The notes under the pieces were generated by a model, which worked only from the letters and a program-made list of their open reading frames with translations, was not told the origin of the DNA and searched no databases. Below are positions 53,071 through 63,990 of a DNA stretch of 64,000 nucleotides, in pieces. Both the position numbers and the translations under genes were made by a program. This DNA is from Octopus sinensis. Lineage: Eukaryota. Location: positions 1 through 64,000 of the forward strand of contig NW_021833028.1 in assembly GCF_006345805.1 (NCBI RefSeq). Direction: 5' to 3'. Within the stretch, counting starts at the first letter, position 1. Every line of letters starts with the position of its first letter.

Positions 53071-53721
53071 GAAAAAGTTATATGTAATTAACAAATAGTT
53101 ATTAACTAACTAAATTTCCGGCCTCGTAAATGGAAAGACAGTTTCCACGTACTATGGCCAAGGAAATCCTTTCGAAAAGCCACTTGGACTCGCGTGGGTC
53201 TCCCGTTTATGGGAGATCATGCGGCCAAGCTTTTTTAGAAAGGAAAGAGACTTTTCGCCGATGACGCCGGAAGTCTCGACGGCGATGGGAGTGAACAGAT
53301 ACCGTTCAGAGAGCTCCTTGTACTTTCCAATCTTCATCTTCTCGGTTTTGCGAGAGACTGAGCCAGGCTCGACAGCTGAAGAAGAAAGGTTGAGCTCCGA
53401 GAAAGTGTCTGAACACGTCGCATCCCGTCGCATCCGTCGCATCCCGTCGCATCCCATAGGTGCTGTCATTGACCGTTTTGGTCTACATCCCCTTTCCTGT
53501 CGTCGCAGTGCAGGGCGCGCACCACGCCATGCAGCACTTAACGACGTTATTCAGAGGGGGCTCACGGCCGCTGGGATTCCATCAATCCTCGAACCCGTCG
53601 GGCTTGCGAGGGGAGACGGAAAAAGACCCGACGGCCTATCGACTTTCCCGTTTGAGTTCGGCAAGTCTCTGTTATGGGATGCGACGTGTTCAGACACTTT
53701 CTCGGAGCTCAACCTTTCTTC
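53071..53721 (-). mobile_element. 5'-truncated, 5'-inverted CRE-like retrotransposon with a 12-bp TSD
   Basis: Minus-strand 3' half DATCSDTF...KYKEL...IAVETSG. Plus-strand inverted half HPLSC...RHAALND...KRPDG...[21 protein letters not shown] at 53059-53070 and 53722-53733. Confidence 0.88.
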
Positions 53722-53798
53722 TTTGTTAAAATTATTTTTGAAAATATAATTTTGTATTAAATAAAAATTATTAATAAATTAAACAATCTCCTGTGTTA

Positions 53799-54501
53799 AT
53801 GTCGAAGGTTGCTAAACTTGGTGAATAACATAAAATAACAATCAGATGTTGACAAAATATTCAAAGATATTCATAAAATTCAGCAAGAAATGGAAGAATT
53901 CAACGTGGCGACCACTCAAAAGATCTTATCAGTAGAATCCGATCTGAATCTCCAGTCTCTTCCACTCTATCTAAGACGGCAGCTAATCATCCAAAAAATC
54001 CCTCACTTTTGGCTCCGAATCGTATGATTGTTATCCAATAATAGTTTTCCAACCACCCCCTCACATCACAATACGTCACCCCCAATGACATTTCCATTTT
54101 TAACCACCTCGTCGAACTGTACGTCGAACAGCACGTTAAAGACATGGAATTCACCATTTCGATGGTATTCGATTAAATTTATTTTTTGACTTTTGATTCC
54201 CACGATATTTTTTCTAACCTCAATTTATCACGGACTTTTGCACTGAATGAGCAAATCGAGATGGTCTCCGAGCCCTGTGTAATTCGGTGGAAGAAGCCGT
54301 CGGGTGGCCCGTCCTTCTTCGACTTGTTCAGTGATCCCCGAGTCTCCAATGTGTGGGAAGTATTTGAGGCTATTCGGAATGATATTTGGGTTAATCCATC
54401 CCCGTATCTCCTTACTGTAAATTTTTATTTGTGTTTGATAGGTTCAGGATGGCTTGTCTGGCGAGGGATTGGGGGATGATATCTGTGGTTCTGATGATTA
54501 A
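53799..54501 (+). CDS. SET/TSPY-like nucleosome assembly protein (NAP family)
   Basis: Spliced IHKIQQEMEEFN...KILSVE...IQKIPHFWLRIFSNHP...FDSHDIFSN...IRWK...SFFDLF...IRNDIWVNP, with an acidic tail. Confidence 0.88.
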
Positions 54502-54723
54502 ATGACGTGATTTTTATTGGGTTGATACTTTCTTTCTTTTATTTCTGTTCAGAATTAAACTTTGCGGAAAATTAAATAAAATTTTAATTTAACAGATATG
54601 GTTAACCATCGATGAATAGTTACTTTTTGTTGGATAAATAATTTATTATTAAATTTAGTATTGTTGTAAATGTGGCAAACCTTTTTATAATAATAAATTA
54701 ATTGTTGCTATAAAAACGAGAAT

Positions 54724-55008
54724 ATGGAATTGGGTGATGAAGGCAATCACGTCTCCTCACTAAAAGACGAAGAAATGACAAAATCATCTGAGGACTTAAG
54801 TTTGGACGTACATGTTCCCGAGGATTCTCTCACTTCCTCTACATGTGGGGACTTGAATATTGCTGATGACCCATACAACGATGCTATCGAATATATTGAG
54901 AGAAAAGATATTGTACGACTCCTCCATGATATTACTACCGATATTGTGTTTATGCGACCAGACGACCCTTTAGAGTTTATTCTTGAAAAACTAAACACTT
55001 TAAGCTAA
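54724..55008 (+). CDS. Small protein with a TEX55-like RIIa dimerisation/docking domain
   Basis: DPYNDAIEYIERKDIVRLLHDITTDIVFMRPDDPLEFI follows the D/D pattern (Y.E...I...L..I...LV..RP.DPL.F). Confidence 0.7.
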   Translation: MELGDEGNHVSSLKDEEMTKSSEDLSLDVHVPEDSLTSSTCGDLNIADDPYNDAIEYIERKDIVRLLHDITTDIVFMRPDDPLEFILEKLNTLS

Positions 55009-55103
55009 TTATTAATTTTTTGATTAATAATATAATATTTATATACTTTTTATTAAAGTAATAAAATAAGTTTTCTAAATACGCATTTTTAATATTTGCA
55101 GTT

Positions 55104-56003
55104 ATGGTTGTTGCCTACGATCATTTGTTAAAAATACTTTTAATCGGAGATTCAAGTAAGGGCATATACTTAACTCATATACATAAAGACGTAAAAATAT
55201 TTTTATAGATGTCGGCAAGACGTCGCTACTGACCAAATACGCCACTGGGACCACTCCGGGTAATTAGGAAAAGCGATTAATTAATTTAATTTCCATATTT
55301 TTATTTCCGGTATATTTAATGCGCCCATAATCAATGCATTCTTAAATAATACTCATTCTCCTTAACGAATATAAATCAGTTTTATTCAACTAATATTTGA
55401 TTTTTTATTTTAACAACCCAGGAAATCAAATGAGCACAATCGGAGTGGATTTTAAAATCAGGACTTTTGAATTAGACGGAATCAAAATTAAAATGCAAAT
55501 TTGGGACACGGCTGGACAAGATCGGTTTCGAGCAATAACCTCGTCGTTAGTCCCCGAGTTGTATCCCAGGTACTATCGAGGGGCCGACGGGGTCATTATT
55601 GTGTATGCAGTAAACAATCGACAAAGTTTTGATGCCCTCCAAAAGTGGATTCAAGAAAAAAACAAGAATTGTGATTCTAATCATGTGTCTACAATGCTAG
55701 GTTTGATTACTTTTTATAAAAACAAGTTTCTAACAAAAACGACCTCAAGGAAGGCGTCGTGGTTACCAACGAGGAAGGAATTGAATTTGCCAACAGAAAC
55801 AACATGGAATATGAGGCTGTTTCTGCCTTTGAAGGCGACGTGGAGATTGTATGAAGTGCATTAGTTTATGTGTTTAGGTGTTTATGCGAATTGCCCGGTC
55901 TGTTTTGGCTCTGAAGGTTGAGCAGCCGACTAAAGAAGTCATTTCTTCAGGAAAGAAACTTAAAAACTTAAAGAGTATCAAAAAAAGTTGTTCTTGCTCT
56001 TGA
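55104..56003 (+). CDS. Divergent Rab35/Rab1-group small GTPase
   Basis: Spliced [57 protein letters not shown], and a C-terminal CSCS*. Confidence 0.88.
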
Positions 56004-56379
56004 AATGATTTCATTTGACAATTAATGACTTTTTAAAATTAATTTACCATAAAAGTAGGTTTTTACAATTGCGGGTTCCTTTAAAATTGTAATTTGGTAT
56101 TTACAGATAAAGACGAAATCAACGTGGTTATTATCATGTTTAGTTTATACACGCATTCGTCATAATTTACCGATTTTATTAATCCACTTAACCGAATAAC
56201 TGAAATCTGGAATTGGCAACAAAAATGATTGGTACGCCAAGAAATTTAAAAACGTTCCCATTTCTGATTTTAAAATATTAGTACGATTTTTTTCACATTT
56301 TAAACTTTAATATTTGTTAGGGGACATTTTTATTTATTAAAAAGAAACTAATTAACTAAGTAATTTTACTAACTAAGTC

Positions 56380-59300
56380 CAGAGCCTTCGAAGTGAGCAG
56401 AAGGCGGCACTCCACGCACCTCCTCCCCTTCTTCCTCCCTCTCTGGCACTGTAGACTTCGAGAAGGTGCAGTCCAGCGCCTCTTGCTGACTAAACGTCAG
56501 GAAAGGGCTGGATCGGCGAGCATCAAACGAGACACTCTCCAGAGTCCTCTAAGAACAGTTGACTGTATATAAGCCTGTAGAGACTTATCTACATCCAACT
56601 GTCTTAAGTACCGCTTGTGGTATTTGGTGACCAGTCCATCCCATGTCATCACACACGGGATGACATGGACTTTGCACTGGTGCATCAGTCCTAGCTCGTT
56701 TGCAAAGAGGTCATACTTCCTCCTTTTCTCCACTTCCACTATCTGCAAACGGTCTAGGCACGTGATGCCCACCTCCACGATAACAATCTCCCCGGTGACC
56801 TTATCGTGGACCACAATGTCGGGTCTGTTGTGCTGGACAACAATCGAGGTGCGTATGGGGGTATCCACCTTAATGCACACCCGCGAGTTCTCACACACCG
56901 ATTGAACTCGATGGGTTCGCAACTTTCTGGACCGCCTCAAGCCATACTTATTGCAGAGCAAAAGATGGAGGGACCTCACCACCTCGTTATGCCTCCATGT
57001 GTAATCATGGTAAAGCATACTCCCGCACTTCGTGGCTAAATGGTCAACGGTCATTGCCTTACTCTTACAGTGGTTACACTGTTTCCGTTGACCATAAAAA
57101 AAAAAGTTTCTATCCTGCAAATATGAGAACAACCCTTCTGATCGGGGAGAGTTATTCCCATATTTCAGCCACGTAGATGACGACGATACGTCAATGTGCG
57201 GGTTGTCCAGGCTGCTAAAGAGAGTCTTGTGAAGGACTTTTAAGTTGATCTTTTTAATTAAAGACTCCTTTTGAAGTTTGATCAACTCCTTCACATTAAC
57301 TTGGGTAGCACCTAGACCATACTTAGCCGACACATAGCCTTTTATGGTCCCTAGGTGTGTACCACGCGCTTTTTCAGCAGCAAGGATGGCAGCCTTCCTT
57401 TGGGATACACTCGACCCACTCCACAAGGTGTCGTGCATCTTAGTAAGAATTCGCTCACTTAAGTGTACGATGTTACTCAGTCCACGTCCTAGCTGCCCGC
57501 GAGACAAGTACAATCTCTCCTTATTGCTTGCCAACACGTGGACATGATTCTCTCGGAGTACTCTTCGGACAATAAGGTCCATTTCATCGTACTCACTCGG
57601 CTCGAATTCGATCAGGCCAACGTAGTAGTTTAGCAATGAGATGGCATACTCGTTCAAGGCATGAAATAAGTTCCGTGCATTAAGCCGAGTCTTACATAAC
57701 ATTGCCGCCCTACTACGCACACCCTCCACTACACACTTTCTCGTTTCGGGTGTGATTAATGAGGCTGGACTCTCAAACACACACAAGATACTTATATCCT
57801 TGGTGTTCCTCCAAGACTTTGACTAGGTCACCACACACAGGGGTGTTAGTCGCCGACTTGTTGTAGTTGAGCTCCAACCCCACGGCCTTCATGAAACCTT
57901 TCAGGACTTTACCCATTGAGTGAAGGATCTCTGAAGACCGAGCGAACAGCTTAATGTCGTCTATGAACATGAGATGGTTGGTGCTAAAACACCCTCCTTC
58001 ATGTTCGATCGACATTTGTTCGAATTGGGCAGTGAGGACTCTACTCAGCGGTTCTAGGCAGAGGACGAACAGCAGCGGAGACATGCTGTCGCCCTGTAAT
58101 ATGCCCCTCTCTAGTTTCACCTCGCCTATATCGCATTTGTTGTAATTTAGATGGACGTTCCACCTGTCCATCACAGTTGCAACAAATTTGATAAACCACA
58201 TTGGCAACTTAAGCCTTCGCAGACACTCAACGAGGTAGGCATGATCAACCGAGTCATATGCCTTCTTCACATCCACCCACATTGACACTAGTGAGTTTCC
58301 GTGGGCTCTCGCGAGGCATTTGTTGATCAGTGCCTGCTCCTTAGCTCCCTGGCAATCCCGCCGAGTACCTAACTGGTTCTCGGACAGAATCCCATTCACC
58401 TCCACGAAATTTCTGACCTCAGTAGCCACCACCTTAGTCATCAACTTGTACAGGTTGGGCATACAGGTTATCGGACGATAATCTGTCGGAGCGGAAGGGT
58501 TATCTACTTTAGGGATCAAATAAGTGACCCCAGTACATAACCACTCTGGAATCGAGCCAGGGTCTAGTGTAAACTGTTCGATTGCTCGACACATGCAATC
58601 ATGGATAGGTTTGCAATTTTTAATAAAGAAATTATACACTTTATCGACCCCAGGTGTCTTCCAGTCAGAGAGACGGGGTACTGCTTCATCGAACTTCTTG
58701 CGGATGTCAGGGACACCACAAGACTCGGTCATCAAGGGAGCATCGGGTCCACAAAACGGAAACGACACACCCTTGCGAGGACGTGCTTTCCACATACTCC
58801 CCCATGTGTCAAGCATTTCGGCCTTTTGCTGGGTACCCTCCTTCGTCTCTCCGTGCAACCGACGATAGAACGACCTGCGATTAAATTCAAACAGGTTGTT
58901 CTCCGCCTGCGCTGACACCGAGACTCATGAGTTGAGAGCTTCTTCTGATAAACGAGAATCAGCTCCTCCCTCTCTGCCCGGACACGCCTCAACTCGTTGA
59001 GGTCCCATTTGGCAGCTCGTTCCCGACGAAGTAAAGTACGCACCAAGGGGGGAGTCTTGCCCTTGACCCCATTGCTCACATTCAAAATGTGCCCAGTCAG
59101 CGCTTCCAGCTCGGCTTTCCTTGCGGCTACTTTTGCGGCAATGTTTTCTCTCCATCTACTCTTTGGGGCAGGCCTCTGAGTGATTTCATCATAGGTTGTC
59201 TGTGCCGAGTACAAATAAAGAGAAATCTCGTCCATTGTCTCCGGAGGCTCACGCACGATCGCGTAAGCTATGGCACGATTGATGCAACCCATCACGTCAC

Positions 59301-60830
59301 TTCTGAGTTGCCCACGAGGTATCTTTCGGTCACTCTGCGGTCCGCAAGGGGGACAACACGATTCGCAGAGATATGCCACTAAATAATATCCTTAACCTGC
59401 AAGAGTAGCGATAACTCACTACTCTGGTGCTCGTGTTGTTCAGAACACGGGGGGCATCCTGACGGCGTAACCGCAGCGGCAGTCCTCCCCCGCGAGCCAG
59501 GAGGAGGGGTCTTGGCCAGCTTCTTCAGTGCATCTAACGATAGGTTCGAGCTAAAGCGTCGATTGAAACACTGAAGCAGGGTAGGCCACCCATTTCTGGG
59601 CATCCTGGAAGCTCTTCCCAACACTTGGAAAGGGCGGATTTAACCCAGTCCTCCCGGGTCGTGCACTCGATCCGGCGATATCGTGTTTTAGCGTCTTAAA
59701 ATCATAAGGGACCAATTTTGATTAGAAATCGCAAATAAATTAATATTATTATATTATTTTTTAAAAATTATTATAATTATCAAAATAATTATTATCTGCA
59801 ACGCTTTAACAGTATTTTTGAATGATGTCTCGTGGAAGGCCGTCTGCATCGACTATTATTGTTAATAATACTCAACCAACATATGATTTGTTACTATTTG
59901 AATTGAATCACCGAGATTTTGTGGAAATAACAATGACCACGCAAGATACGGTCAATTGGTTGGCTCAATATCAGCTAATCAAAAATTCGATGAAATACGA
60001 AAACTGCAGCACGGATTGCCGTCTTCTTTCAGACAAATCCCAACTCGACAAATTAAAATGGAAATGTAAAACATGCAATTTCTCAAAATCGATTCGAGAT
60101 GGCAGCTTTTTCTCACATAGTCATTTTGAATTGAAGCAAATTTTGGACTATATCTATTTTTGGGCACTCAATTCAGAAACGATTATCTGCAGCAAAGAAA
60201 TCTCGATCAGACTTTAAAAAAACATCGATTATCTGTACGGATTATTGGCCAGCCTACAATCGAATCGAATTGCTAGGATATTCCGATCATTTAAGAGTCA
60301 ACCACAGCCGCAATTTTATTGACCAGAACAATCGCTCCACACATAAGCAGGGAATCGAGTCATTGTGGTCTCACGCCAAGAAAAAGCTAAAAAGGATGAA
60401 TGGAACATCCCGTGTTCTTTTTAATTCTTATCTGGCGGAATTTGAACGGCGGTGGAGAAATGATACGTATCCCTGTGGAGGCGGGAATGCATTTATTAAA
60501 ATGTTAATAACTATTAATTCTCAGTATCCTTTGTCTTAATAATTCGAGTTTTTCACTGTTTTCATGTTTTACTAAGTTGCTGTAAAAATGTAGTTTTAAA
60601 AAAATTTAAATTTAGGGTTGCCACAGTATTGTACATATAAATTTAATTATAATAATTTTTAAAAAATAATATAATAATATTAATTTATTTGCGATTTCTA
60701 ATCAAAATTGGTCCCTTATGATTTTAAGACGCTAAAACACGATATCGCCCTCGATCCCTTCAGCAATGGCAAAGACGATGTTCTTGCCATCGGACGTCTG
60801 TCTCTCCGATGCGGTTATCCATCTGCTCTA
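56380..60830 (-). mobile_element. Near full-length R4/Dong-like non-LTR retrotransposon; a few frameshifts; 5' region hit by Merlin
   Basis: KTPGVD; YRPITC; DVKKAYDSV; GILQGDSMSPLLF; FIDDIK; NKERLYLSR; CNHC...HLATKC; HNEVV; RPDIVV; EKRRKYD. Frames 58732-59379, 57773-58918 and 56497-57786. Confidence 0.92.
59674..60749 (+). mobile_element. Merlin (IS1595/ISXO2-like) DNA transposon, internally deleted
   Basis: About 105-bp TIRs starting GGCGATATCG (fits the GGNRM end consensus) and a perfect 8-bp TSD CTCGATCC at 59666-59673 and 60750-60757. N-terminal Zn-ribbon ORF plus a C-terminal VNHS...GIESLWS...YLAEF ORF; the central DDE region is missing. Confidence 0.93.
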
Positions 60831-61687
60831 GGTATATTATTATTAATAATATTGTTAGTTTCTTGTTGTCCAGGTAGAGCACACATCGAGATAGTAGCAC
60901 GTTGCATAACAGACTCTAATATTTGTTAGTAAATAGTTACAAAACAAAAGTTAGGTTTTTAAAAGTAACAAAATCATTTAGTCTTAAAAATCAAGAAATC
61001 AGTAAGTTCATAAGTAAATCGGATTTGACGACATATTTAATCGTCTATCTTATTTCTGGATTTTATTTGTAATGGAAAAATTCGTTTACTTCAAAGATAC
61101 TCAATGGCATCATTCTGTCATTAAATATCTCAACTTTTTTATAGCCGCCGAGCCGGGCTCAGCAAACTGCCGAATATCTTAGCTATGAAACCAAATTTAA
61201 AAATTTTTAGAATATAAAAATTTGCAAGTACCAGATTTTCTAAATATGAAGAATTTAATGCCAAGAAAAATCTGTCATTAAGATGATTTTATTGACTATT
61301 AACAGGATTTTATTTGATGGTTTTCAATACTTTGTCAGCTGAAGATTAAAATTAGATGATTTTTCAGGTCCAAAAATCTCAGTCCTGCTGAATTGATGAG
61401 TTCAATTGATGAGTATTCCAATAAACTATATTTTATGATTTTTATTAATCCTTTCAATTTCTCATAAATTCGTTAGAATGGCACTGTCATCATAGTTAAC
61501 ATATAAATCATCATTTTTACTCGTATTTTGATCATAGGTAATTTGTTGGTGTTATGATAATTGTGGAAATCGGTTGTAAAAGATTCCGTTTTGCTCACAG
61601 CAAAAATATTTACGATGGGTAATTCATAATGATAAAAACCTGTGAATCATTTTTAGCATTCTACGAATTTAAAATTTTGAATACATA

Positions 61688-63139
61688 CAGTGCCTGACAA
61701 AAAAAATGGATTTGTAATAAATCGACTTTTTTTAAAAATAAATTATAATTTAATTTTCTTACATCATTCTTGGCAAAATTAGAATTATTTTTTTAATTTT
61801 TAAAATTATTTTTGGCTTTTAGAATTTATTTTAAAGCAGAATTTAAATTTGCCGGACAAAAATTGGATTTTTTTATTTTAATGAAACAAATTAAAATTTA
61901 ATAAGTTAAAATCCCTCCACGTGCTTCATAAACTTCCAAACTTCTTTTTTTCATTGATATAACTAAATTTTCTAGGATTTTTTCGGTATTGATTCCCATA
62001 TCACAACTAATTTTGTCTCCAAATCTTTCAAGTTTTTCGGCGGTTTTTGCAATAATTTTCTCTTTATCATTGCCCAAACATACTCAATTGGATTAAGGTC
62101 AGGTGATTGAGACGGCCAATTAAGAATTTTATATTTTCTATCGCATATAAATTCTTTAACTACTCGAGAACTGTGGCATGAAGCATTATCTTGTTGAAAA
62201 ATACATGAGTTTAACCCCCTTTTTAGAGCTGATTGCTCCAGATTATTAGACAAAATGTTTAAATAATAAGCACTGTTCATTTTTCCATTTATAATAACAA
62301 CATTAACGACGCCTTCATATGAGAAACATCCCCAAACAATTAACTTTCCTCCACAATACTCAACAGTAGGTACGATATTGGACTTTTCATAGGCAGTACC
62401 GTTTTTTTGATGTTATAGATCCTTATTTTGCTGTTATAGACCTCAAAACATGACTCATCGGAGAAGATGACTTTCTTCCATTCGTAGTCAGATATGGCTA
62501 AAAACTTTTTCGCAATTAACCATATGGATTCGATGTTTTTTGATGTTAAAAGAGGTTTGTGTTTTGCAACTCGGGCAGGTAATCCAAATGAATTTAGTAT
62601 ACGACCAATTGTTCTGGGAGATACGTCCACATTAAATTGAGTTTTTGTTATTTCAGAAAAAGACACAGCAGAAATTGAGGGTTCATCTCTCGAGATTAAT
62701 TGTATTGTGTTTTTTTGATCTGAAGAGAGTTTCGGTAAACGTCCAGATTTAATTTTTCGCGTAGTGATGCCTTTTTTAAAAAATTTTCTTGTCACAAATC
62801 CCACGGTTGATCTGGGAATTTTCAGTATTTTAGATATCTCTTTAATTGTTTTTCCTGAAGACTAATATCCAATTATTACTCCTGTTGTAAAATCAGATAA
62901 ATGGATTTTTGAATTACGCTTCATTTATACGAAAATCCATTTTTTTGTCCAAATCCAATTTTTTTTGTCCGGCAAATTTTAAAATCTGCTTTAAAATTAA
63001 ATTCTAAAAGCCAAAAATAATTTTAAAAATTAAAAAAATAATTCTAATTTTTCCAAGAATGATGAAAGAAAATTAAATTATAATTTATTTTTAAAAAAAG
63101 TCGATTTATTACAAATCCAATTTTTTTTGTCAGGCACTG
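61688..63139 (-). mobile_element. Tc1 (DD34E) transposon of IR/DR type, frameshifted
   Basis: TA-CAGTGCCTGACAAAA TIRs of about 190 bp with internal direct repeats and a TA TSD. IFSDES and QQDNA-34aa-E (WPSQSPDLNPIE). Confidence 0.93.
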
Positions 63140-63252
63140 TAGAATCAAGTCAATTCCGAGTAGCATTTTCAAATTTAGAAAAATTAAAAAAATCAACTTC
63201 TCTTAAATTGATAAGCGTATGTTTATTAATGATAATTTAGTTAGTATTATGT

Positions 63253-63600
63253 TTATGATAAATATGTAGCCTGGCGGATTGCCAAATTGTTTCCCCGGAT
63301 AATGGCGATCGAGAACCGTTGCATTAGCCAGTCCGCCTCCCGAGGATCATGGGTGCGCATTGAGATTTTGGCTCCGAGCTTGCGAAGGAACTTTTCAGTT
63401 TTTGGACCGAGAGCACCCGACGTCTCCGCCGCGATCGGCACCACGGAAAACTTCTCTAAGAGGGCAGAATATTTTGATAGCTTTAAATCTTCAGCCTTAT
63501 TAGCTGCAGATTTAGCCTCCAGAGCACACGAAGTTAAGTGAGAAGCAGAAAGGTGTCCCAGCAGGTTGCATCCCATACGAGGCCTTTTCCGCCTTCAAAG
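63253..63600 (-). mobile_element. 3' fragment of a CRE-like retrotransposon
   Basis: AANKAEDLKLSKY...VPIAAETSG...DPREADWLMQRFSIAIIRGN. Confidence 0.82.
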
Positions 63601-63783
63601 GGGAAAGGGTCATCTCTTAAATTGTATTTGTAAAAAGTTTTAATACAATAAATAATCTTAGTTATTAGTAGGGCAACCAAAAGTCATATAATGCTTATCA
63701 CAAAATAAGGTCATTTTGTGTTTGTTTATATTAATTAAATATTTTAATTATATTTTTTAACTATTTAAACACTTATTAATAGG

Positions 63784-63990
63784 TCATAATAGGTCACTAA
63801 TCGGGAATCTGATCTCGAGAAGACGGAGAGAGCCTCGGGAGAAGCAATGGTTGTTCCAAAGAATATCCATTGCGATCCTGAGGGGCAACGTCTTCTCGAT
63901 CATCAGCAGCTTAAGATTATGATAATCATTTTCGCTCATTTGTTTTCTTGCTTCATAGGTCATATAAGTCATATTCAATAATAAAGTCAT
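63784..63990 (-). CDS. Unassigned ORF fragment at the window edge
   Basis: GC-raised 68-aa stretch NDYHNLKLLMIEKTLPLRIAMDILW; may be a gene exon or a TE. Confidence 0.25.
   Translation of the reverse strand: MTLLLNMTYMTYEARKQMSENDYHNLKLLMIEKTLPLRIAMDILWNNHCFSRGSLRLLEIRFPISDLL

Noticed and set aside
55090-55104. TTTGCAG just before the Rab ATG as a spliced-leader trans-splicing acceptor
   Set aside because: An AG close to the ATG is seen in only some genes here and could be chance or a UTR intron; it needs transcript 5' ends.
57770-57790. Programmed frameshift in the R4/Dong-like ORF
   Set aside because: The break sits in a GT dinucleotide run within the YLG motif; an indel or assembly error is more likely.
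171-59382. Numerous antisense or alternate-frame ORFs in the track (e.g. 171-470, 1383-1703, 19587-20036, 24540-25127, 25539-26006, 31941-32459, 34536-34955, 37074-37370)
   Set aside because: They overlap recognised genes or TEs on the other strand or frame and carry no motifs; they are shadow ORFs.
59822-60539. Bacterial IS1595 contamination or horizontal transfer
   Set aside because: Long AT-rich TIRs, GGNRM ends, an 8-bp TSD and the eukaryotic context fit Merlin.
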